A stretch of 32,000 nt of DNA from Candidatus Saccharimonadota bacterium (GTDB taxonomy: Bacteria; Patescibacteriota; Saccharimonadia; Saccharimonadales; Saccharimonadaceae). The stretch is taken from positions 390,001-422,000 of the forward strand of contig MKSO01000001.1 in NCBI GenBank assembly GCA_001897305.1, written 5' to 3'. The notes under the pieces were generated by a model. It was not told the origin of the DNA. It worked only from the letters and a program-made list of their open reading frames with translations, and made no database searches. This document shows, in pieces, positions 1 through 8,165 of the stretch (position 1 is its first letter; the number at the start of each line of letters is the position of its first letter). Position numbers and translations under genes: made by a program.

Positions 1-67
1 AGTATTTTTATTCACAAAACACTCTTGCCTATTGAGCAATCTGCGCGAAAGGCAATGACTAAGCATC

Positions 68-106
68 GAAAAGAAAAAAGTTTTCTCGCATCGTATGTAA
101 GCGAGG
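68..106 (-). terminator. Possible weak rho-independent terminator after the 116..1618 gene
   Basis: On the minus strand, CTCGC (105..101), an 11-nt loop and GCGAG (89..85) are followed by AAAAC-TTTTTT-C-TTTT. The stem is only 5 bp and A residues precede the T-run, so this is tentative. Confidence 0.3.
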
Positions 107-115
107 CTTAAAGAG

Positions 116-1618
116 CTAATAGCCTGCAAAATAATCGGTCGTAACGCGCTGAATACCACGTGTCCGTAGCTGATAGGCGGCGCTTTGTACGAATGGCGTC
201 GGCCCGGAAATATAGGCATCGCGCTGGCTATGGTCCGGGATGAGCTGTAAGAGTTGATCAAAGTCAATGCGACTACCTTTGAGGAATTGCCACGAGTTAG
301 GAGCGCGCACTGGACGGTCCAGGCTAATCACTACCCCTCGGCAACTTGCAAGAATTTCCTGGTATGCAAATTCCTGCCCACTACTTACTGCGTACACGAT
401 CACAATATCACGATCTTTATGTGACGCTTGCAAAGAACGGAGCTGAGAAATGAACGGCGTAATGCCGATGCCCCCTGCAATAAAAAGGAGTGGCCGTTTG
501 GTGTCTTTGGGAAGAATGAAATCCCCAGAACAGTGCGTTACCTGAAGCGAGACTTCTTTATTCAGGTTTGCGAGAGCTTTCTTAAAGGTGCTTGAAGGTT
601 GGTAAAAACGTATTCCGAGAGAAATTTCTTGGCTACCAGGAGCGGAAGTAATACTAAAACTCCTACGCTCGCCACGCAAATCGGCACGAGCATGTGGTAG
701 GCTGAGTTCAATGTACTGACCTGCTTCATAGGTCATAGCCCGTGACGGCTTAAAGAAATATTCAAAGCTCGTTGGTGTTAATTGTTCTTTGCGCAAGAAC
801 GTCAGTTGGGTAGCCGCGCGCCTTGCTAGGATTGCGGCTACAAGGTTGCCAACCAGCAGGGCGATGGCCGGCGTGGTTTGGATTGGGCCAATAGTAATAG
901 GCACTGCAACCAATACGGCAACCACTACAGTAACGACATAAATCTGCCATTTACGGGGCGGCAGCGTGAGTGGTTCTACCAGCATGACGCCAACAATAAA
1001 GAGTAGCGGCCACGATAAAAGCAATCCAAGGCTCTGCGCGAAACTTGCCCCGTAGCTAATGAGTTGAATAAGGACGAGCGGAATGGTTATAGCCAGGAAA
1101 ATACCCGCCACTGCGAACCGTTTAGTTTGATAAAGCGCCATTGCTCCAACGAGCGCAACGATGGGCGCGAGTACTGGGGTGGCTACCCACCAACTCGCTC
1201 CCCCAAGTCCGGCAATGCTAATAACAACGACTGCCAGTGCTGCGGGGTTAAAAATATGCCGCCCCTTCCATACAACAACATACTTTGATGCCCCGGCAAT
1301 AAGCCCGGCGAAGAAAAGAATTGCTAGGCCCGAGAGGTTTGTCGTAGGCGTAATAATGAGCGTAAGAATTACGCTAGTAATAAGCGACGAGTCTATTTGG
1401 CTATGTACACCAAATAGAAGACTCGTTAGCCAGCTTCCTAGCCATGTGGCACTACAAGCAACCAGTAGGCTTATACATAGTTCAAGAGGGGTGACGCTTA
1501 ATAATCCAAAGCAGGCAAGCACAACGGCGGCTAACCAAATACCAAATAGGCCAAACAAGATACCCTTATACATCGAGATTGGTCGTAGTATGGCGTTGAT
1601 ACGTTCCAAAATGTTCAT
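116..1618 (-). CDS. Polytopic membrane flavoprotein: RnfD/NqrB-like membrane domain fused to a ferredoxin-NADP reductase-type FAD/NAD(P)H-binding domain
   Basis: 500-aa ORF. About 270 aa of hydrophobic helices include HIFNPAA (NqrB/RnfD-like). These are followed by RSFSITS (RxYS-type FAD motif), GGIGITPF (GGxGxxP NAD(P)H motif) and an aromatic C-terminus (DYFAGY). The start ATG shares one base with the ApbE stop (TAATG at 1616..1620). Confidence 0.75.
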   Translation of the reverse strand: MNILERINAILRPISMYKGILFGLFGIWLAAVVLACFGLLSVTPLELCISLLVACSATWLGSWLTSLLFGVHSQIDSSLITSVILTLIITPTTNLSGLAILFFAGLIAGASKYVVVWKGRHIFNPAALAVVVISIAGLGGASWWVATPVLAPIVALVGAMALYQTKRFAVAGIFLAITIPLVLIQLISYGASFAQSLGLLLSWPLLFIVGVMLVEPLTLPPRKWQIYVVTVVVAVLVAVPITIGPIQTTPAIALLVGNLVAAILARRAATQLTFLRKEQLTPTSFEYFFKPSRAMTYEAGQYIELSLPHARADLRGERRSFSITSAPGSQEISLGIRFYQPSSTFKKALANLNKEVSLQVTHCSGDFILPKDTKRPLLFIAGGIGITPFISQLRSLQASHKDRDIVIVYAVSSGQEFAYQEILASCRGVVISLDRPVRAPNSWQFLKGSRIDFDQLLQLIPDHSQRDAYISGPTPFVQSAAYQLRTRGIQRVTTDYFAGY

Positions 1619-2523
1619 TATGAAAACACTCCTTCTCTAAAATAGTCAGAACAGTCGTAACTACCATCTTTAAATATACGTAGATATTCATAAGTATAGC
1701 GTGTTGGTATTGTTTCTGGTGGTACAAAAAACAGAGCCGTTGCTATCCCGTCGGCAATCATGGTACTGTCCGCTACAACCCAGGTGGCAATAATATCTTG
1801 GGCTGGTTTCGCAGTCCGCGCGTTAATAACGTGGTGCCATCCACCCCATGCTCTGCCTGTTGTTGCGGAGGCACAAAGCGCTTTATTGCGTAACTCAATG
1901 ACCCCAATTACTTTTGTTTTGTCGGTCGGATCTTGCAGGCCGATTGTTTCAAACGTCGTTGGGTCTGAGCTGGCCTGACGCACGTCACCGCTACCATCAA
2001 CTGCAAAATCGGTGAAGCCCTCGTCATGTAATAGCTCGCAAATAGCGTCTACTAAAAAACCTTTGCCAGCTGCGCCATAATCAAGCATAACCGGCTGTAG
2101 GGCAGTCAGAGTGGTACCCTTTCTTTGTATGGTCGCTGTATACGGGAGTGCAGGCTTCGGCGTTGCTTTAGGTTGCAAAGAATAGGTTGCGTCGTACCCC
2201 GCATCGGCAATGACGGTGCCAATTGTGGGTGTCACTATGCCTTGTGTGATCGCATCTAACTTTTCATACCATTCGAGCAATGGCAGTAGGTCGGGGTTAA
2301 GTTGTATTTTCGTTGCGTTGACGGCAAGCTGCGAAACCAGCGAATCGGGACGAAAGCGCGAAAGCTGATGGTCGAATGTATGTATGTACGAAGAGATGAT
2401 GTGTCTTGTTGCTTCAGGTATAGGCGTAGAAGTATTGATGAGCCATTGCGTACCGATTGCTTCGAACTGCCAACTATACTTTAGCGCTGTTTCTAATTTG
2501 TTCGAGGGCATCGTTAAATCCAC
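1618..2523 (-). CDS. apbE: FAD:protein FMN transferase (ApbE family)
   Basis: 301-aa ORF with ApbE-like blocks: FEAIGTQW near the N-terminus, GAAGKGFLVD, and SATTGRAWGGWHHVINARTAKP. It overlaps the upstream FMN-binding gene. An alternative start lies at 2511 (MPSNK). Confidence 0.8.
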   Translation of the reverse strand: MDLTMPSNKLETALKYSWQFEAIGTQWLINTSTPIPEATRHIISSYIHTFDHQLSRFRPDSLVSQLAVNATKIQLNPDLLPLLEWYEKLDAITQGIVTPTIGTVIADAGYDATYSLQPKATPKPALPYTATIQRKGTTLTALQPVMLDYGAAGKGFLVDAICELLHDEGFTDFAVDGSGDVRQASSDPTTFETIGLQDPTDKTKVIGVIELRNKALCASATTGRAWGGWHHVINARTAKPAQDIIATWVVADSTMIADGIATALFFVPPETIPTRYTYEYLRIFKDGSYDCSDYFREGVFS

Positions 2524-2956
2524 TTGAAGTTAGTGATGAGCCTGCGACACGAGAAAGAGAAATCTCCCCTACCGGCTTACCTACGACTTTTGATTTGTAG
2601 CTATTTGTGAATAGTGATTGGTATTCACGTGAGTCTCTGTTATTTGCAACGTTTTGAACTGAACTATCCGTAACGATGCCGTCCTTCAATGTAACTGTAA
2701 CAGTAATAGATTCTTGACCACCAGGAGTGATGTAGCTTCCCTCTTTTGTGTAGGTGCCGTCCTTATATTGAGCATTTGCGTCAGCGGCGGAGGTAGACGG
2801 CGTACTTGTACTGGACGTACTGCTCGTTTGGTTTGATATGGCGGTACTTTGTTGCGAGTCCTTATTTTTGTCCGCAAGTACGACAGCCCCAGCTGCAATA
2901 CCTAGGAGCACGACAATAACAAGTGCGGCCAGGGCCGGGTGTCTTTTTAATGGCAT
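2474..2956 (-). CDS. Membrane-anchored extracytoplasmic FMN-binding domain protein (likely ApbE substrate)
   Basis: 160-aa ORF with an AAGGA SD 5 nt upstream of the ATG. It has an N-terminal hydrophobic anchor, an S/T-rich linker and then an FMN_bind-like domain (YKDGTYT...ITVTVTL...). The C-terminal VAGSSLTSS aligns with the canonical flavinylation motif SGATxTS. Confidence 0.7.
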   Translation of the reverse strand: MPLKRHPALAALVIVVLLGIAAGAVVLADKNKDSQQSTAISNQTSSTSSTSTPSTSAADANAQYKDGTYTKEGSYITPGGQESITVTVTLKDGIVTDSSVQNVANNRDSREYQSLFTNSYKSKVVGKPVGEISLSRVAGSSLTSSGFNDALEQIRNSAKV

Positions 2957-3039
2957 ATATATCCTTTTTTTCTTATAGTACCTATGAGTATACGAATGAA
3001 AGCTGAAACATATCTGAGAATACCATTTTTTGTAGAGGG

Positions 3040-3053
3040 GTGATAATTATCAC
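3040..3053. promoter_or_regulatory. Perfect 14-bp palindrome GTGATAATTATCAC, a CRP/FNR-family-type operator candidate upstream of cyoA
   Basis: Exact inverted repeat. It reads GGTGA-N6-TCACA (9/10 to the CRP core TGTGA-N6-TCACA) and TGAT-N4-ATCA (FNR core). It is centred about 42 nt upstream of the cyoA ATG, with a TATTAT hexamer at 3075..3080. Confidence 0.45.
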
Positions 3054-3088
3054 AGTACTGCTAGCAATATGTAGTATTATAGAAGCAT

Positions 3089-4048
3089 ATGCGCAATAGC
3101 AAAAAACGGGTCTCTTGGAGGGTAGCTCAGGTTGTTATTTCAAGCCTTGTTGGGCTGGCTATTGTTGGCGCGTTTGTGTGGGCAACTCAAGGCCGTGATA
3201 TGCCAGTACTCAACCCTAAGGGTATAATTGCCGATCAGCAGCAAGTGCTTATTCTCATAACCGTTGGGTTGGGCGTTTTTGTGGTCGTTCCGGTATTTAT
3301 TTTGCTATTTGCTATCGCCTTTCGCTATCGCGTGGGGAACACCAAGGCAAAGTATGACCCCGAACTCGAAGGCAGTAAGGTGCTAGAAGCAGTATGGTGG
3401 GGTATTCCTTTAATAATTATTCTTATTTTGGCAATTATTACGGCCATATCCACCCATGCGCTCGACCCTTATAAAAAGATTGAATCGTCGACTGCGCCGG
3501 TGAAAGTGCAGGTAGTGGCTTTGCAATGGAAGTGGCTATTCATTTACCCCGATCAAGATATTGCGACGGTGAATTATCTGACCATCCCTGATAACACCCC
3601 TATCGAACTCTCTATTACTGCCGACGCGCCCATGAACTCCTTTTGGGTTCCGGCACTGGCTGGGCAAGTCTATGCCATGACAGGAATGTCAACGAAACTA
3701 AGCTTTATGGCGGATGCACCTGGTGAGTATCGAGGCGCCTCGGCGAATATTAGCGGCGAAGGTTCGGCAGATATGAGCTTTATGGTTCGTTCGGTCAGTA
3801 AGACGGATTTTTCTCACTGGCTCTACAAGTCTTCGTATAGCCCTAATATGTTGTCTTGGGATACTTACGAGAAGCTTGCTCAACCAAGTCGAGGTGATGG
3901 CGAGAAAACCTATGTCGTTACAGGTAAAGACCTATATAATCAGATTGTCATGAAATATATGGATTCCGGAAGCTCTTCACAGCCACATACTAATACACAG
4001 ACAGATCATACAATGAATGGTATGGATATGTCGGGGATGGGCATGTAA
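3089..4048 (+). CDS. cyoA: Cytochrome o/bo3-type quinol oxidase subunit II
   Basis: 319-aa ORF with two N-terminal TM helices. The block MNSFWVPALAGQVYAMTGMSTKL...ANISGEGSADMSF parallels E. coli CyoA ([23 protein letters not shown]...ASYSGPGFSGMKF). It lacks the CuA Cys/His ligands, so it is the quinol-oxidase type. The stop overlaps the cyoB start (TAATG). Confidence 0.88.
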   Translation: MRNSKKRVSWRVAQVVISSLVGLAIVGAFVWATQGRDMPVLNPKGIIADQQQVLILITVGLGVFVVVPVFILLFAIAFRYRVGNTKAKYDPELEGSKVLEAVWWGIPLIIILILAIITAISTHALDPYKKIESSTAPVKVQVVALQWKWLFIYPDQDIATVNYLTIPDNTPIELSITADAPMNSFWVPALAGQVYAMTGMSTKLSFMADAPGEYRGASANISGEGSADMSFMVRSVSKTDFSHWLYKSSYSPNMLSWDTYEKLAQPSRGDGEKTYVVTGKDLYNQIVMKYMDSGSSSQPHTNTQTDHTMNGMDMSGMGM

Positions 4049-6030
4049 TGATAGATCAAATTATGCAAACACTCTTTGGCCGCTTGACTCCTCAAGATTT
4101 TGTTCATGACCCAATCATGGCGGGCGCTGGCATTGCGATGGTTGGAGCGCTTATTCTGGCTATCGCTGCTGTTACCTTCTTTAAGAAATGGAAATGGTTA
4201 TGGCAGAATTGGATCACTTCGCTCGACCCTAAGAAGATCGGTATTATGTATATCATCGTTTCTATTATTATGTTGCTGCGTGGTTTTGGTGATGCGTTGC
4301 TTCTTCGAGCGCAACAAGTGGTGAACGATGCTAATGGGGTGGAAATACTCTCATCGGATCATTTCCAGCAAATCTTTTCAGCGCATGGTTCAATTATGAT
4401 TTTCTTCGTGGCAATGGGGCTGGTGTTTGGAGTATTTAATTTAATATTGCCACAACAATTAGGCTCGCGTGACGTCGCCTTTCCATTCCTAAACTCGGTC
4501 AGTTTCTGGTTGTTCTTTGCGGGTATGATTATTATCAATATGCCCCTTGTAGTTGGTGAATTCTCGAACGCCGGCTGGTTGGCGTATCCTCCACTATCGG
4601 GCTTACAGTATAACCCGGGTACGGGCGTCGACTACTGGATATGGAGCTTGCAGATTGCGGGTATCGGAAGTTTGCTATCGGGTATCAACTTTTTCGTGAC
4701 TATTTTAAAGATGCGCGCACCAGGTATGGGACTTATGAAAATGCCTATTTTCGCTTGGAGTGCTTTAGGTAGTACCGCGCTTATTATGTTCGCCTTCCCT
4801 ATTCTGACAGTAACATTAGCACTACTATCACTCGATCGTTTGATTGATACGAACTTCTTTACTACAACATTGGGCGGCAGTGCTATGTTGTACATTAACT
4901 TGATTTGGGCCTGGGGACACCCAGAAGTCTATATCCTTGTTCTTCCTGCTTTTGGAATATTTTCTGAAGTCGTGGCGACGTTCTCTGGTAAGAAATTGTT
5001 TGGCTACACATCAATGGTGCTGGCTATTATCGCCATCACTATTTTGTCCTTTACGGTATGGCTACACCACTTCTTTACCATGGGCGCAGGGGCGGACGTT
5101 AATACATTCTTTGGTATTATGACGATGATTATTGCTATACCTACGGGTGTTAAAGTGTTTAACTGGATTTTCACCATGTACCGAGGGCGCGTACGCTTCA
5201 CGACGCCAATGTTATGGTTTATGGGCTTTATTGTGACATTTACGATAGGTGGCTTAACAGGAGTTATGATGTCGGTTCCAGCGGCTGACTTTCAATTCCA
5301 TAACAGTCTCTTTTTAGTGGCTCACTTCCACAATATGATTGTCGGCGGTGTGTTATTCGGGGTATTTGCCGCCTTTACCTACTGGTTCCCTAAGTTTACC
5401 GGTTTCATGCTGAACGAGCGCCTTGGAAAAATGGCATTTTGGTCATGGCTGGTTGGGTTTATTCTGGCTTTCGGTCCGCTTTATATCCTTGGCTTTATGG
5501 GTGCGATCCGTCGCATGGACCACTACGACCCATCGCTTGGATGGCAGGGCCTGTTTATTGTGGCAGGTGTAGGTATTTTATTTATGGGCTTAGGCGTGCT
5601 GTTCCAGCTTGCACAAGTTGCTTATAGTATTTGGAAGCGCAAAGAACATGCTGTTGGCCCTGACCCATGGAATGCTCGAACATTAGAGTGGGCTACAGCT
5701 ACGCCGCCAGCCGAGTATGTCTTTGCGACTATTCCTACCGTTACGACTCGTGACGCCTTTTGGCAGATGAAGAAAGACCACAAGACAAACGATCGTCCAG
5801 AGCACTACGAGGACATTTGGCTGCCGAAGAATCGCTCGGAAGGTTTTATTGTTGGTATGGCCGCCTTGGTATTTGGCGCGGCTGTCGTCTGGCATATTTG
5901 GTGGCTGCTTATCGTGTCGTTGTTGATCGTTATTGTCGTACTTGTGGTCGCTTTAACTCGTGATGATACCGAAAAACGTATTCCGGCTGAAGAAATTGCC
6001 CGCGAAGAATTAAGGAGGGCAACCGTATGA
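4048..6030 (+). CDS. cyoB: Cytochrome o/bo3-type quinol oxidase subunit I (heme-copper oxidase catalytic subunit)
   Basis: 660-aa polytopic ORF with hallmark heme-copper oxidase blocks (WAWGHPEVYILVLPAFG, HHFFTMG, FLVAHFHNM). It is coupled to cyoA and cyoC by overlaps. Confidence 0.95.
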   Translation: MIDQIMQTLFGRLTPQDFVHDPIMAGAGIAMVGALILAIAAVTFFKKWKWLWQNWITSLDPKKIGIMYIIVSIIMLLRGFGDALLLRAQQVVNDANGVEILSSDHFQQIFSAHGSIMIFFVAMGLVFGVFNLILPQQLGSRDVAFPFLNSVSFWLFFAGMIIINMPLVVGEFSNAGWLAYPPLSGLQYNPGTGVDYWIWSLQIAGIGSLLSGINFFVTILKMRAPGMGLMKMPIFAWSALGSTALIMFAFPILTVTLALLSLDRLIDTNFFTTTLGGSAMLYINLIWAWGHPEVYILVLPAFGIFSEVVATFSGKKLFGYTSMVLAIIAITILSFTVWLHHFFTMGAGADVNTFFGIMTMIIAIPTGVKVFNWIFTMYRGRVRFTTPMLWFMGFIVTFTIGGLTGVMMSVPAADFQFHNSLFLVAHFHNMIVGGVLFGVFAAFTYWFPKFTGFMLNERLGKMAFWSWLVGFILAFGPLYILGFMGAIRRMDHYDPSLGWQGLFIVAGVGILFMGLGVLFQLAQVAYSIWKRKEHAVGPDPWNARTLEWATATPPAEYVFATIPTVTTRDAFWQMKKDHKTNDRPEHYEDIWLPKNRSEGFIVGMAALVFGAAVVWHIWWLLIVSLLIVIVVLVVALTRDDTEKRIPAEEIAREELRRATV

Positions 6031-6638
6031 GCCATCATAGCCCGATAGTGGACATTTCTCGCCAAAAAGCCGAACAAGAAACCTTACAGCGTAAATCAAT
6101 TGGCTTTTGGATCTACCTAATGACCGACTGTGTGTTGTTCGCCACGCTGTTTGCTGTTTTTGCCGTTTTGCGCCCCGGAACAGCTGGTGGACCGTCCGGC
6201 GCAGATATTTTTGACTTACCGTTTGTACTGGTTGAAACAATGGTGCTGCTCGTAAGTAGCTTTACGGTCGGGCTTGGTTTATTGGCGGCCCGCTATGGCT
6301 ACAAACGCCAAGCGATTGCCTGGTTGGTAGTGACTTTCTTGCTTGGTATCACTTTTCTTGTTATGGAGATATCTGAGTTTCGACACCTTATAGCCGAGGG
6401 CGATGGCTGGCAAAGAAGTGCGTTCTTATCGTCTTACTTTACTCTTGTAGCAACACACGGGTTGCACATTGCCGTGGGACTACTCTGGATGCTGGTTGTT
6501 ATTATTCGACTTATTCGGTTTAACTTTAAGCACACCGACCTTGGGCGATTGTCCTTGTTAAGTCTATTCTGGCACTTCCTTGATGTTATTTGGATCTTTA
6601 TCTTTTCGATCGTCTATCTTATGGGGAGTTTGTCATGA
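6027..6638 (+). CDS. cyoC: Quinol oxidase subunit III
   Basis: 203-aa, 5-TM ORF of the COX3/CyoC type (FWHFLDVIWIFIF near the C-terminus). It has ATGA overlaps with cyoB (6027..6030) and cyoD (6635..6638). Confidence 0.9.
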   Translation: MSHHSPIVDISRQKAEQETLQRKSIGFWIYLMTDCVLFATLFAVFAVLRPGTAGGPSGADIFDLPFVLVETMVLLVSSFTVGLGLLAARYGYKRQAIAWLVVTFLLGITFLVMEISEFRHLIAEGDGWQRSAFLSSYFTLVATHGLHIAVGLLWMLVVIIRLIRFNFKHTDLGRLSLLSLFWHFLDVIWIFIFSIVYLMGSLS

Positions 6639-7003
6639 AAAAACCTCAGCTAGAAACAAGGCACCATCATCCAGCGTACAAGTCGTATGTTGTGGGCTTT
6701 ATACTTTCTGTGATCACAACAGTAACTGCGTATTTCTTTGTCGTAAACAGACTATTACCTACTGAAGCGCTTATATATATAATCCTGATCCTAGCTATTA
6801 TTCAGCTCGTTGTGCAGATGGTTTTCTTCTTGCATATCGGCCGTGGGAGTCGCTGGAAAACACTTACCTTCGTCTTCACTTTGTTGGTGGTGCTTATTAT
6901 TGTCATTGGTACCTTATGGATTATGCATAATTTAGATTACAACATGATGCATATGTCGCCAGACGAAGTACACACCTACATGGAGCAGCACGAAGGCATT
7001 TAA
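6635..7003 (+). CDS. cyoD: Quinol oxidase subunit IV
   Basis: The ORF track starts at 6590, but the ATG at 6635 forms an ATGA overlap with the cyoC stop. That gives a 122-aa, 3-TM protein of CyoD size and topology (YVVGFILSVILT-like block). Confidence 0.8.
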   Translation: MKKPQLETRHHHPAYKSYVVGFILSVITTVTAYFFVVNRLLPTEALIYIILILAIIQLVVQMVFFLHIGRGSRWKTLTFVFTLLVVLIIVIGTLWIMHNLDYNMMHMSPDEVHTYMEQHEGI

Positions 7004-7869
7004 TGGAGAAACATACTCGCTCTTATGTGCAGCTTCTTAAGCCCGGTATTACCTTTAGCAATACTATTAGCGGCATCGCCGGGTTCTTTTTGGCGGCAAG
7101 TGTTGTTCCGTTTCAGTGGGCGGCGCTATTAGGCGTTGTAGTCGGTATTGCAGGGGTTATTGCTTCGGCCTGTGTCGTCAATAATGTGCTTGATCGCACT
7201 ATTGATAAGCGCATGAAACGTACGGCTAAACGTGACGTTGCGAGTGGAGCTATTAGGGTTCGCTATGCGCTTGTGTACGCAGCCCTGTTAGGTGTGGTTG
7301 GGTTTACAGCCTTAGCTGCCTTAACGAACGCGTTAACAGTATGGCTCGGTGTCCTAGCGTACGTGTGGTACATCGTTGTGTATGGCATTGCAAAGCGTAC
7401 AACGGCTTACAGCACGGTTATTGGTGGGGTTGCTGGTGCATTGCCACCAGTAGCTGGCTATACTGCCCTTACAAATCAGGTTGATCTGGCGGGCGTTGTG
7501 CTCTTTCTTATTCTCTTCTTTTGGCAACTCCCCCATTTTTATGCCATCGCTATGTTTAGGAGGGATGATTACGCTAAGGCAAAGTTGCCTGTATGGTCGG
7601 TTCGGTTCGGTATGCAAAATACCAAAGTGCAGATTTTCGTGTCGGTGCTTTTCTATGCATTTGCCGCTTCACTTCTGAGCTTCTTTGGGTATACGGGCAT
7701 TATATATCTCGTACTAAGCAGCGCGCTTTCGGTGTATTGGATATATACCGGTATTCGCCTTTATAGAAAGGTAGATGATGTCAAATGGGCTCGTTCTATG
7801 TTTGGTGTGTCACTCGTGGTGCTGCTCGCTATGTGCGTGCTGATCTCTATTGGCGGCTATTTAGCATAA
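7003..7869 (+). CDS. cyoE: Protoheme IX farnesyltransferase (heme O synthase)
   Basis: 288-aa UbiA-family prenyltransferase (NNVLDRTIDKRMKRT, FFWQLPHFYAIA). TAATG overlap with the cyoD stop. Confidence 0.92.
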   Translation: MEKHTRSYVQLLKPGITFSNTISGIAGFFLAASVVPFQWAALLGVVVGIAGVIASACVVNNVLDRTIDKRMKRTAKRDVASGAIRVRYALVYAALLGVVGFTALAALTNALTVWLGVLAYVWYIVVYGIAKRTTAYSTVIGGVAGALPPVAGYTALTNQVDLAGVVLFLILFFWQLPHFYAIAMFRRDDYAKAKLPVWSVRFGMQNTKVQIFVSVLFYAFAASLLSFFGYTGIIYLVLSSALSVYWIYTGIRLYRKVDDVKWARSMFGVSLVVLLAMCVLISIGGYLA

Positions 7870-7870
7870 G

Positions 7871-8149
7871 GTGTATACTAGCAGTATGATTATTCTTATA
7901 CATGTACTTATTGCTATTGCTAGCGTTGCTATAGCGACGGCAACTTTCGCAAAACCATCAATCAAAAAGTTGGGAGTAAGTTACGCATTTATCGTTGCAA
8001 CAGTTGGCAGCGGTACGTACCTGCTGCTTACAAGTTCAGGTAATATTCTTAAAAGCTGCCTTGTAGGGCTTGCCTACGTGACAGCTGTAAGTATCGTCAC
8101 AATTGCGACGCATACCCGAGTTCGCCGCCAGGCTAACCAAGAGCTTTAA
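7871..8149 (+). CDS. Small 3-TM membrane protein of unknown function, last gene of the oxidase cluster
   Basis: 92-codon ORF starting at a GTG 1 nt after the cyoE stop (alternative ATG at 7886). It is strongly hydrophobic with a basic C-terminus. I recognise no family. Confidence 0.5.
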   Translation: MYTSSMIILIHVLIAIASVAIATATFAKPSIKKLGVSYAFIVATVGSGTYLLLTSSGNILKSCLVGLAYVTAVSIVTIATHTRVRRQANQEL

Positions 8150-8165
8150 AGGCTCTTGGCTTTTT
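8137..8165. terminator. Terminator hairpin spanning the overlapping 3' ends of two convergent genes
   Basis: CCAAGAGC (8137..8144), loop TTTAAAG, then GCTCTTGG (8152..8159), a perfect 8-bp stem. It is followed by C-TTTTT on the plus strand. Both stop codons (TAA at 8147..8149 on plus, TAA at 8148..8146 on minus) lie in the loop. Confidence 0.6.

Noticed and set aside
3040-3053. Reading the palindrome as a Fur/PerR/Zur box, because it contains TGATAAT and ATTATCA-like halves.
   Set aside because: The Fur-family 7-1-7 motif is TGATAATnATTATCA (15 bp). Here the halves abut as TGATAA|TTATCA, which is 3 nt short. The spacing fits CRP/FNR geometry (N6 and N4) better. It remains a possibility only if the regulator tolerates the shorter spacing.
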